From assembly GCA_964575675.1 (NCBI GenBank), contig CAZNRY010000005.1, positions 1 to 45,953 on the forward strand: a stretch of 45,953 nt of DNA. The letters are read 5' to 3'. Made by a program: the position numbers and the translations under genes. Positions 37,311 to 45,939 of this stretch are shown here, piece after piece; positions within the stretch are counted from its first letter, which is position 1; each line of letters starts with the position of its first letter. The notes under the pieces were generated by a model. The model made no database searches, was not told the DNA's origin, and was given only the letters and a program-made list of their open reading frames with translations. This stretch comes from an uncultured bacterium. GTDB taxonomy: Bacteria; Eisenbacteria; RBG-16-71-46; CAIMUX01; VGJL01.

Positions 37311-38978
37311 ATGACCCACGTACCGCCGGAGTCTCCGGCCCCGCCCCAGGTGGAGTTGGTCGTCTTGCCGGGGGCGCCTGCGCTGCAATCCGGACCCGGG
37401 CGCGTCTCGCAGGTCGAATCGTTCGCCCTCGTGGGCGTCGAGGCGCGGACAGTCGTTGTCGAGGTGTCGGTCACCAATGGCTACCCGCGCACGACGATCG
37501 TCGGCATGCCCGACCTTTCCGTCCGCGAGAGTCGCGAGCGGGTCGAGTCGGCCATCAAGGCGAGCGGCCTCTCGTTTCCCGACCGCCGGATCACGATCAA
37601 CCTCTCCCCTGCCGAGCTGCCGAAGGAAGGGGCGATATTCGATCTTCCGGTCGCCATCGGCATCATCGCGGAGGAGAATGGACTTGCGCGCGACCGACTG
37701 ATGGACTGGGCCATCGCCGGCGAGCTCTCCCTCGATGGCAGCGTCCGTCCCATCCGTGGAGTTCTGGCAATGGCGATGGCGATCGCCTCGTCGTCGAATT
37801 CCCGACGCCGCCTCATGGTGCCCAGGGCAAATGCGGCCGAAGCGGAGATTGTGGACGGGGTACATGTCGTCCCTGTCACCAATCTGCGAGAGGCGGTCGA
37901 TGCCATCCGCGGGCGGCGGCATTCGAGCTCGAGCCCGCCCTCATCGGCCGACCTGGGGGGACCTGCGCCGACGGATGTGATCGGGGGGGCTTCCTCGATC
38001 ACCGCCGCAGAAGTCGATCTCGCGGATGTTCGCGGCCAGCCGGCCGCGCGCCGAGCCTTAGAGGTCGCGGTCGCGGGTGGACACAATCTTCTACTCATCG
38101 GCACGCCTGGCGGTGGGAAGACGCTCCTCGCGCAGCGGATTCCAGGGATCCTCCCTCCAATGTCGCGCCAGGAGAGCTTGGAGGCGACCCTCGTCTATAG
38201 CGCAGCGGGCCGGATTCCGGCCGGCCGGGGACTCCTCGACGTGCGTCCGTTCCGTGCGCCCCACACCTCGATCAGCGCCGTCGGCATGGTCGGGGGCGGG
38301 TCCCGCCCACAGGCCGGGGAGGTCAGCCTCGCGCACAACGGCGTCCTCTTTCTCGACGAGTTACCTGAGTTCGCGCCGAGCACCCTAAATCTCTTGCGAC
38401 AGCCGATCGAGGAAGGACGCATCACGATCGTTCGCGCCCATGGATCGGCCTGCTTTCCGGCGAGGTTCATCCTGGTCGCAGCAATGAATCCCTGTCCGTG
38501 CGGATATCTAGGCGACAGCCGGCGCGCTTGCCGCTGTCCGCCTACCCGCGTGCGGCGGTACCGCGCCCGCGTCAGTGGGCCGCTGCTCGATCGGATCGAT
38601 CTCCACATCGAGGTGCCGCGAGTCTCACTCGACGCGATCGCGGGCGACAAGGACGGAGAGTCAACGACCGACGTCCGCACTCGAGTGATCGCGGCGCGGG
38701 AGATCCAGACGAAGCGATTCGCCGAGGAACCGGGGATCCACTGCAACGCGCAGATGGGCCTACGACTGCTCAAGCAGCACGCGATGCCGGATCCGCGTGG
38801 GCGGGGACTTCTTCGGATGGCCGCGGAGAGGCTGGGGCTGTCGGGCCGCGCGTATCACCGGATCCTTCGCGTGGCGCGAACGATTGCGGATCTCGACAAC
38901 AGCATGAGTGTCGGCGAGAAGCACATCGCCGAGGCGGTCGGGTACCGGGTGCTGGATCGGACGGGACCGGATGGGTAA
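37311..38978 (+). CDS. comM: YifB/ComM Mg-chelatase-like AAA+ ATPase
   Basis: VRESRERV, ITINLSPA, GELSLDG, HNLLLIGTPGGGKT (Walker A), PFRAPH, LFLDELPEF (Walker B), [25 protein letters not shown]; GGAGG RBS before ATG 37311. Confidence 0.95.
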   Translation: MTHVPPESPAPPQVELVVLPGAPALQSGPGRVSQVESFALVGVEARTVVVEVSVTNGYPRTTIVGMPDLSVRESRERVESAIKASGLSFPDRRITINLSPAELPKEGAIFDLPVAIGIIAEENGLARDRLMDWAIAGELSLDGSVRPIRGVLAMAMAIASSSNSRRRLMVPRANAAEAEIVDGVHVVPVTNLREAVDAIRGRRHSSSSPPSSADLGGPAPTDVIGGASSITAAEVDLADVRGQPAARRALEVAVAGGHNLLLIGTPGGGKTLLAQRIPGILPPMSRQESLEATLVYSAAGRIPAGRGLLDVRPFRAPHTSISAVGMVGGGSRPQAGEVSLAHNGVLFLDELPEFAPSTLNLLRQPIEEGRITIVRAHGSACFPARFILVAAMNPCPCGYLGDSRRACRCPPTRVRRYRARVSGPLLDRIDLHIEVPRVSLDAIAGDKDGESTTDVRTRVIAAREIQTKRFAEEPGIHCNAQMGLRLLKQHAMPDPRGRGLLRMAAERLGLSGRAYHRILRVARTIADLDNSMSVGEKHIAEAVGYRVLDRTGPDG

Positions 38979-38990
38979 GGAGACACCCAG

Positions 38991-39680
38991 ATGAGCTGGA
39001 TTCGAGAACCAGTGGACGGCGACATCGACTCTCATTTCGAGATGATAATGGCCCATGTGGAACGGCACGTGGGAGCAATCGCTCACGTGGTGCACACTAT
39101 TGGGCCGACCCTTGTGCACGTTGACGTTTTGCACGTGCGTCCGACTCGGAAGCGCCCGTGGCACACTCTGGTGACCTGCGGTATGAGTCTCCGTCCGATG
39201 TGCCCGCCCGGTGAGGCGGCTGATTGCCGCTACGCCGAGCTCTCTCTCCGCTTGCCGCCTGCCTGGCCGGTGCGCATACCAGATGACGACGCAGGTCGCA
39301 TGTGGCCCTTTCGTGAACTATCCGATCTCGCGCGCCTGCCCCACCTCTCCGAATCCTGGCTCTGGTGGGGCCACACGGTGGCGGCAGATCCGCCCGCGCC
39401 GATCGCGCCGGAGGTCCCATTTTCGGCCTGGATTCTTGGTCCTCCTCTGAGCTTCAAGCCGGCCGGCCGTGAGATCCGATTCGGCCGCGAGGCGATTCGG
39501 CTGCACACCGCGCTGCCGATCTACTCCAAGGAACTCGAGGTCGCACGGATCATGGGCGCCAAAGCGCTCTTCCGACTGCTCTCCATGTGTGGAGTCACCG
39601 ATCTGATCGATGTCAGGCGACCGAACTGCGTGGGCCGGAATGCAGCACGGCCCTCGGGCAGGGCTCCAAGGACCTCTTGA
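38991..39680 (+). CDS. Suppressor-of-fused (SUFU) domain protein
   Basis: VHVDVLHVRPT, HTLVTCGMS, YAELSLRLP, LARLPH, WGHTV, LPIYSKELE; AAGGAG RBS. Confidence 0.85.
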   Translation: MSWIREPVDGDIDSHFEMIMAHVERHVGAIAHVVHTIGPTLVHVDVLHVRPTRKRPWHTLVTCGMSLRPMCPPGEAADCRYAELSLRLPPAWPVRIPDDDAGRMWPFRELSDLARLPHLSESWLWWGHTVAADPPAPIAPEVPFSAWILGPPLSFKPAGREIRFGREAIRLHTALPIYSKELEVARIMGAKALFRLLSMCGVTDLIDVRRPNCVGRNAARPSGRAPRTS

Positions 39681-39711
39681 CGAGGCGGATATAAATAGCC
39701 ATAATGGCGTC
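39677..39711 (+). promoter_or_regulatory. Sigma-70-type promoter of the TA operon, probably leaderless, with a palindromic operator
   Basis: TTGACG (39677-39682), 17-nt spacer, CATAAT (39700-39705), ATG at 39712; palindrome GCCAT-A-ATGGC (39698-39708) covers the -10. Confidence 0.6.
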
Positions 39712-40011
39712 ATGAAAAAGGCCAAGATATCAGAGCTAAGGAATCACTTGAGCCGTTACCTCGACCATGTCCGTGCGGGTGGGCGGGTTCTTGTGCTGGA
39801 TCGAGAGCGACCTGTGGCCGAGATCATTCCTGTCGCACGAGATCAAGCGGACAAGGGGATCGATGACGGCCGGCTCGCGGTTCTCCAGCGTGAGGGACTT
39901 GTGTCGCGCGGGACGGGGCGGATCCCAGCCGAACTACTCCGGCCGACTTCGCTGGCGAAGGGAGCGAAGGTTCTGCAGGCATTGCTGGAGGAGCGGGCGG
40001 GCGGGCGATGA
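39712..40011 (+). CDS. Type II antitoxin, Phd/YefM (prevent-host-death) family
   Basis: MKKAKISELRNHLSRYLDHVRAGGRVLVLDRERPVAEIIP; ATGA overlap with the PIN toxin. Confidence 0.9.
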   Translation: MKKAKISELRNHLSRYLDHVRAGGRVLVLDRERPVAEIIPVARDQADKGIDDGRLAVLQREGLVSRGTGRIPAELLRPTSLAKGAKVLQALLEERAGGR

Positions 40012-40433
40012 AGTTCTGGGATAGCTCGGCCCTCGTCCCCCTTGTCCTTGTCGAAGCGGAGTCAGCTTGGGCCCGCAAGCTCTTGCGATCCGATCCGACC
40101 GGGCTTGTCTGGTACCTTTCTCCCGTCGAGGTCCGATCGGCCCTGGCCAGAAGATGCGGGGACGGGGCTTTGACCGTCGAGGCGTATGAAGCCGCGCGCA
40201 GGCGGACGGAGCGGCTGTTTCAGGCTCTTTCTCACATCCTCCCTCTCGAAGCCGTCCGCGCGCGTGCCCTCCGCCTCCTGGACGTGCACCCACTCAGGGC
40301 TGCCGACTCCCTTCAGCTTGCTGCGGCCCTTGTAGCAACGAATGATCGACCTCAGGACCTGCCTTTTGTGACCCTCGACCGGAGGCTCGCCGATGCAGCC
40401 AGGAGAGAAGGGTTCCCGATCGAGATCGCGTGA
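40008..40433 (+). CDS. vapC: Type II toxin VapC (PIN domain ribonuclease)
   Basis: FWDSSALVPL, VEVRSAL, LRAADSLQLAAA, FVTLDRRLADAARREGF. Confidence 0.92.
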   Translation: MKFWDSSALVPLVLVEAESAWARKLLRSDPTGLVWYLSPVEVRSALARRCGDGALTVEAYEAARRRTERLFQALSHILPLEAVRARALRLLDVHPLRAADSLQLAAALVATNDRPQDLPFVTLDRRLADAARREGFPIEIA

Positions 40434-40560
40434 CAGGCAGGGCCTACCTCTCCCCGAGCGGATTCCAGCATCTCCGTTCAGATTGGCGTCGTTCAGGGCG
40501 ATGAATCCCTGCCCGTGCGGGTATCTCGGGGACAGCCGTCGCGCGTGTCGGTGTCCGCCG
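40409..40560 (+). repeat. Direct repeat copy 1: vapC tail + 64-nt spacer + comM fragment (other copy 44293-44444)
   Basis: 40409-40497 vs 44293-44381: 8 mismatches in 89 nt (manual count), followed by comM-derived AMNPC... sequence. Confidence 0.9.
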
Positions 40561-40630
40561 CAGATCTCGACGGCGCCGCTGCCGTAGGCGAGAAGCACGT
40601 CGCCGAGGCGGTTGGGTAGTGGCGCTGGAC
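40498..40630 (+). pseudogene. comM: Degenerate comM 3'-end fragment with internal deletion
   Basis: [21 protein letters not shown] (40498-40560) joined out of frame to ADLDGAAAVGEKHVAEAVG* (40560-40619), homologous to comM ADLDNSMSVGEKHIAEAVGY. Confidence 0.88.
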
Positions 40631-41244
40631 TCAACGCAACCTTGGGAATCGACGGAGGACTAGGACAACCCTTCCCCGGACGGCACCGTGATCGACCAAG
40701 TTGCGGTCCCATACGGGCCAGCGACCCCTCTTAACCGAACCGCGACCGGCTTCGAAAACTGCGCGCTTAGTGGACCGGTCTTGGGGTCAATGCCACCGGC
40801 CGAAGTCCTAACATCCGGACTGGACCGATCTCACGGGGTCAGGTCACGAGCGCCTTTGGAGGATCGTGTGGGAGCTTTCGGTCGTCGTTTGGTCTCGCCG
40901 GCCGTGGACAAGTCGTCCGCCCCCCCACGTCGGCGGACTACCGTAACCGATTGGGTGATCAATGATTCGCCTAGAAATGGGTGGGCACCATAAGCCCCGA
41001 TTCGGTTCGTCCCCGGGCGCGAAGATCCTCCCCGTGAGACGAAAAGTTCCCTTGCGCGGTCGCTGGACACAGACGATGTCCCGTGACAGGATAGCCCGGA
41101 TCGATGCTTGGGGAAGCATTCGAGGATCCGGATGCACGATCTCCGAGCTTCGGTGGCGACGCGAATGTCGCAGCTGTCGATGCGATGCGGCCGCATAGTG
41201 GTCGGCGACATGGACGGAAACTCTAGGAAGAGGGGGAGAAACGC

Positions 41245-41715
41245 ATGAGACGATTCGTTGGTCTTATTCTCGTTGGGCTCTGTGTGTTTGGTCTGACGGG
41301 CAGCGCCCTGGCGGGCCAGAGCAACACAGGATGCGGACTGGGATCGATCATCTTCAAGGGCCAGGAAGGCCTGCTGTCGCAGACTTGCGCCGCGACGTTC
41401 AACGGCATTTACGGAAACCAGACCTTCGGAATCACCACGGGAACCAGCAACTGCACAAAGGCAACAGGCTTCGCGTCCAATGAGAAGCTCAACAAGTTCG
41501 TGTCCGACAATATGGACAATCTTGCCATGGACATTTCCAAGGGCGGCGGAGAGTACCTGAGCACCCTGGCAGTGCTGTTGGATACGCCGGTCGAGCAGCG
41601 CGCTGCTCTTTACCAGACGCTGCAGGCGAATTTCTCCCAAATCTACACCTCGGAAATCGTCACGCATCTCGACGTTCTGGGGAACATCGAGAAGATCCTG
41701 CACCAGCCAAGCTGA
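41245..41715 (+). CDS. DUF3015 family secreted protein
   Basis: Signal peptide; GCGLGS, AATFNG...NQTFGITTGTSNC, NMDNLAMDISKGGGEYL. Confidence 0.88.
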   Translation: MRRFVGLILVGLCVFGLTGSALAGQSNTGCGLGSIIFKGQEGLLSQTCAATFNGIYGNQTFGITTGTSNCTKATGFASNEKLNKFVSDNMDNLAMDISKGGGEYLSTLAVLLDTPVEQRAALYQTLQANFSQIYTSEIVTHLDVLGNIEKILHQPS

Positions 41716-41738
41716 GCACTCTGCTCCGGCAGTCGAGC

Positions 41739-43700
41739 ATGGGGAGCACACGATCGTTCAGACGGTTTCGTGTGCTCCCCGTCTCATTTGCGCTGATTCT
41801 CGGTTTCTTGCTCCCGCCCCAAGCGAGCGCCGAGACCCTGCCAGTCCGCCCAAGTGCCGCCTCCGCCATCGAGGCGGAGGATAGCTACCTCACCGGCATC
41901 CTCGAGACCGCAGATACACAGAAGCTCTTCCAAGACCGGTACTGGCACATCTTGCTGCACTACAAGCGAGGGATTTTCGGCCTACGCAGTCTCATCGATG
42001 ATCCCAAGTTCTTCGCCGATCCCAACGGCAAGCACGACCCAAGGGCCGAGCTCCGCGCCACGATCCGGTCGTTCTTCCGTCCCGTTGTCGAGGGCGAGAC
42101 ACACCCCGTGTGCCGATTCGTGGCCCGGTTCGAGTGGCTGAAGGAGAAGTTGAACATCGACGAGAGTCGACTTCCGGTGTCTCGTTGCGAGGAGTCCGAG
42201 GCGCTCCTGGAGCAAATTCGGCCCGAGTCCGTGACCCTCATCTTTCCGACGTCCCACATAAACAGCCCGGCCTCGATGTACGGGCACACGCTCCTTACGA
42301 TCGAGACGGCGTCGAAGAGCAGACTCCTCGCGTATGCCGTGAACTACTCGGCCTTGATCCAGGGCGAGACGTTCGCCCCGATCTATATCGGAAAGGGACT
42401 GCTGGGCGGGTATCCCGGCTACTACTCCATCCTCCCCTACTACGCCAAACTACAGGAGTACAGCGACGTCGATGATCGGGACATCTGGGAGTATCCGCTC
42501 AACCTGGACCGGGCGGAAGTGCGCCGTCTCATCCTGCACATCGCCGAGATGGAGGACATCTACTCGCGTTACTACTTCTTCGGCGAGAACTGCTCCTACG
42601 GACTCATGTTTCTGCTGGAAGCCGCGCGCCCCTCGCTTCATCTGACGGATCAGTTCGGTTGGTGGGTCATTCCACTCGATACGATTCGGGCCATGAAGGC
42701 GAGCGGCCTCATCACGGAGGCGGTCTATCGACCTTCGAAGTCGACAAAAATCAACTACCTGTCAGCGCTCTTGACGTCCAAGCTCCGCCAGGAAGCGTGG
42801 GAGGTGACTCAAGGGAAGCGGGAACCGGCGGAGGTGCTGGCACAAGATATTCAGAAGGAAGAGAAGATACGGCTCCTCGACCTGGCGAGCGAGAATCTGC
42901 AGTACGTCTACACGAAGGGGAAACTCGAGAAGGATCTCTACCTGCCGCGATTCCTGAAGACTCTGGAGGCCCGGAGCACTCTCGGCGACACCGGCGATTG
43001 GCGTTACTCGATACCCCCTCCGGGCCGCCCGGACGAAGGTCACCGCTCCAAGCGACTGGCCGCCGGATTGGGGATGCTCGAGACGCAGCCGTTTTGGGAG
43101 ATTCGGTTGCGGCCCGCCTACCACTCGCTGCTGGATTCCGATCGCGGCTACAAGCGAGGTTCGCAGATCATCTTTCTCGATCCATCAATCCGCTACTACC
43201 CGCGTCGGAACGTTCTGGCGCTCGATGGCATCGACCTGATCGACATCGAGTCGATCGCGCCGAGGAACCGGTTTTTCAAGCACATCTCATGGAAAGTGCG
43301 AACGGGATTCTACCGACGATCTCCGGACAACCCTCGGGAGCATCTCAGCTGGAGCCTCAATCCCGGCCTCGGAAGGGCGTACAACCTCCCACTCCTCGGG
43401 CTTTCCTACGCCCTCTTGGAGGGCGATTTTCGAATCGGAGGAGCGCTGGCGCAATCGTATTCGCTGGGAGGCGGCGCATCTGCCGGTGTGATCAAGCAAC
43501 TGACCGGCCGATGGAAGGCGCACCTCTTGGCGAGATACCTTGACTACCCTCTGGGGGACAAGACCCACGACCTGCGCCTTCGCCTTGGCCAGAGCATCAT
43601 GTTGGGAACGAACCTGGGCCTGGCGGTCACGATCGAGAGGAACACGCAAGATGACGACTCTTCGTGGGAGACCAAGCTCAGTGGGAATCTCTGGTTCTAG
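41739..43700 (+). CDS. DUF4105 (Lnb-like N-terminal domain) protein with probable C-terminal outer-membrane beta-barrel
   Basis: WHILLHY, CRFVARF, SPASMYGHTLL, RDIWEYPLNL, YYFFGENCS, YRPS, RPAYH; alternating beta-strands ending in WF. Confidence 0.8.
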   Translation: MGSTRSFRRFRVLPVSFALILGFLLPPQASAETLPVRPSAASAIEAEDSYLTGILETADTQKLFQDRYWHILLHYKRGIFGLRSLIDDPKFFADPNGKHDPRAELRATIRSFFRPVVEGETHPVCRFVARFEWLKEKLNIDESRLPVSRCEESEALLEQIRPESVTLIFPTSHINSPASMYGHTLLTIETASKSRLLAYAVNYSALIQGETFAPIYIGKGLLGGYPGYYSILPYYAKLQEYSDVDDRDIWEYPLNLDRAEVRRLILHIAEMEDIYSRYYFFGENCSYGLMFLLEAARPSLHLTDQFGWWVIPLDTIRAMKASGLITEAVYRPSKSTKINYLSALLTSKLRQEAWEVTQGKREPAEVLAQDIQKEEKIRLLDLASENLQYVYTKGKLEKDLYLPRFLKTLEARSTLGDTGDWRYSIPPPGRPDEGHRSKRLAAGLGMLETQPFWEIRLRPAYHSLLDSDRGYKRGSQIIFLDPSIRYYPRRNVLALDGIDLIDIESIAPRNRFFKHISWKVRTGFYRRSPDNPREHLSWSLNPGLGRAYNLPLLGLSYALLEGDFRIGGALAQSYSLGGGASAGVIKQLTGRWKAHLLARYLDYPLGDKTHDLRLRLGQSIMLGTNLGLAVTIERNTQDDDSSWETKLSGNLWF

Positions 43701-43731
43701 CGTTGCGAGACCGGTCGCCGGACGCGGGGCC

Positions 43732-44289
43732 ATGTTCCCGCTGGTCCTGCTTCTGGCGGTGCTTCTGGGAACTGCCTGCTCCTCCGCGAGGACTGGGCAG
43801 CCCGTGGTTCCCGCCGTGCCGCCGGCGCCACGGCCGCCATCCGAACTACCAACTCATGCCCTGAGCCTTCTGACCAAGAGCAGAACGGATTCCTGTTCGA
43901 TCTGTGCCGAGAAGCTTCGCCAGGAAGCGTTCGAGGAGTTGGACCAGACCTATCGACCGGGCTCGATCCTCGCGAGCGCCGGGCGGGGGGACCTTCTGCG
44001 CGTGACCGGCGAGGAGTCCGAGCTCATGCTCGCTGCACCCCAGGATGACGAACCAAAGCTCACCTTCCGATTCCACACCGCTTCGAATCATCTCGTTGGG
44101 ATTGCAGAGGCGGACTTCACCGACGAGGCGGTCGCACGTCAGCTCCTGTCGATTCCGGAGAGCACGCGGTTGCGTGGAAAGATCGAGATCGTCGCCTACA
44201 AGTATGGCGACGGGGCTACCTTCCTATACTCCACGACCGGCAACTACCTCCAGATTCAGTGCAAACTCCTGGGGATTGCGGCGGAGTAG
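43732..44289 (+). CDS. Putative lipoprotein
   Basis: MFPLVLLLAVLLGTA-C lipobox, Pro-rich linker, CSIC; start uncertain. Confidence 0.6.
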   Translation: MFPLVLLLAVLLGTACSSARTGQPVVPAVPPAPRPPSELPTHALSLLTKSRTDSCSICAEKLRQEAFEELDQTYRPGSILASAGRGDLLRVTGEESELMLAAPQDDEPKLTFRFHTASNHLVGIAEADFTDEAVARQLLSIPESTRLRGKIEIVAYKYGDGATFLYSTTGNYLQIQCKLLGIAAE

Positions 44290-44292
44290 ACT

Positions 44293-44444
44293 AGGGCTCC
44301 CAATCGAGATCGCCTGACAGGCAGGGCCTACCTCTCCCCTAGCGAATTTCAGTATCTCCGTTCAAATTGGCGTCGTTCAGGGCGATGAATCCCTGCCCGT
44401 GTGGGTACCTTGGGGACAGTCGCCGGGCCTGCCGTTGCCCGCCA
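44293..44444 (+). repeat. Direct repeat copy 2: orphan vapC tail (GLPIEIA*) + spacer + comM fragment
   Basis: Homologous to 40409-40560. Confidence 0.9.
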
Positions 44445-44495
44445 ACGAGGATCCGGCAGTATCGCTCGCGCGTGAGCGGACGGCTGCTCGATTCG
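44382..44495 (+). pseudogene. comM: comM internal fragment
   Basis: [37 protein letters not shown] vs comM ...PTRVRRYRARVSGPLLD; ends immediately at the stop codon of the convergent ATPase. Confidence 0.9.
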
Positions 44496-45692
44496 TTAGC
44501 TTACATTGAACCACGGAAGCACGGTGTGAAGACGGTGATGATAGGCCTCGTTTCCCCCTGTGACAAGAATCCCGCCCGTGTCCCCGGATAGACGCAGGTA
44601 CCAGTCCATCCAGGTGAAAGCATCGCTTGGTATGGTCTCGCCCGCCTTGACCTCGATCGGGATTCGTCGTGTGCCGAGATCGATCAGGAAATCCACCTCC
44701 CGGCCTCGCGAATCCCTCCAGAAGAAGATCCGACCCCGCTCACCGTGGTGGAGGAATATCTTCACGAGCTCTGCGTAGATAAAGCTCTCGAAGATCCTTC
44801 CCCGAAGAGGGTGATTGCTCAGATGCTCCGCGCTGCGAATTCCGAGCAGGAAACAAAGAAGCCCCGAATCCAAAAACTGCAGCTTGGGAGATTTGATCAA
44901 ACGCTTGGAGAAGTTCTCGTGATGTGGCTGAACGAGATCGATCACGTAGCTTGCCCGAAGAATGGAGATCCATTTCTTCGCGGTGACGTGGCTCACACCG
45001 GCGTCCCCGCCAAGCGATGAGAGGTTCAAGAGCCCACCGGCTCGACCCGCGCACAGACCGATGAAGCGCGTGAACGCATCCAGGTCGCCCACGCCGGAGA
45101 TCAGACGCACGTCGCGCTCCACGTACGTCCGCACATAGGAGTCCAACCAAGGGGCGGGATCGAGGCCCCGATCGTGGATCCGCGGGAAGAAGCCCATCGA
45201 TAGCGTTTTGTTCAGGTCTGTTCTCGGCTCGTGGGCGTCCTCGACTCTCGGCGGCGCGAAGTCGGTGGGCTCTCGAGCAATCCGCAGATTCAACTCCGCC
45301 ATTGAGAACGGGAGCAGTTCGAGGACCGCCGCACGGCCGGCAAGCGACTGAGAGATTCTCTCTGAAAGAAGGAACTGCTGCGACCCGGTGAGGATCAACG
45401 GCCCGCCCGTACCCTCGTCCGCGAATCTCTGGACATAGGAGAAGAGGTCGGGGGCGTTCTGGACCTCATCGAGAATCGCTCCCGGGAGGCCGCCGAGTCG
45501 GTGAAGGAACCCGCGGGGGTCCTCCTGCGCAAACCGCCGTGTGGCGAGTTCCTCGAGGGAGAGGTACTCGAAGTCCGGAAAAGTGGAACGCGCCAGGGTC
45601 GTCTTCCCAGACTGCCGCGGTCCGGTCAGGAAGACGACCGGATAGTCCTTGGCCCGGTTTCGAAGGATCGGAGCGAGAGTCCGGGGAATCAT
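44496..45692 (-). CDS. AAA+ ATPase (AAA_14) with DUF4143 / PD-(D/E)XK-like C-terminus
   Basis: [51 protein letters not shown]...IEVKAG; ATG 45692 with GGAGGT RBS. Confidence 0.9.
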   Translation of the reverse strand: MIPRTLAPILRNRAKDYPVVFLTGPRQSGKTTLARSTFPDFEYLSLEELATRRFAQEDPRGFLHRLGGLPGAILDEVQNAPDLFSYVQRFADEGTGGPLILTGSQQFLLSERISQSLAGRAAVLELLPFSMAELNLRIAREPTDFAPPRVEDAHEPRTDLNKTLSMGFFPRIHDRGLDPAPWLDSYVRTYVERDVRLISGVGDLDAFTRFIGLCAGRAGGLLNLSSLGGDAGVSHVTAKKWISILRASYVIDLVQPHHENFSKRLIKSPKLQFLDSGLLCFLLGIRSAEHLSNHPLRGRIFESFIYAELVKIFLHHGERGRIFFWRDSRGREVDFLIDLGTRRIPIEVKAGETIPSDAFTWMDWYLRLSGDTGGILVTGGNEAYHHRLHTVLPWFNVS

Positions 45693-45939
45693 CCGCCTAC
45701 CTCCTGGAGGGCAATCCCTCAATCCCGACCTGCCTCTTGCCGGCGGCATGCACTGAGTACTTTATCGCGGCCCGAGAGCCCGCACAAGTTGAAAGGCTGG
45801 GTTACATTCTGCACTTGTAACCGTAACTAGCTACGACTTAATGACATATGATGATCATGATGCGCTCTCTTGGACTGCTATGAGCTGCTTAGACCGGGTT
45901 TCCGCAGGCAATGGACCCCTTTGTCGCAGGTCGATGAAG

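Noticed and set aside
37182-37922. 247-aa N-terminal extension of the 1177-aa ORF
   Set aside because: Mostly antisense to comM; the real start is ATG 37181, with an RBS and signal peptide.
40393-40587. Small ORFs (40393-40587, 44367-44591) containing AMNPCPCG as real genes
   Set aside because: Chimeric frames across spacer and comM fragments with no clear RBS; treated as pseudogene fragments, though translation is not excluded.
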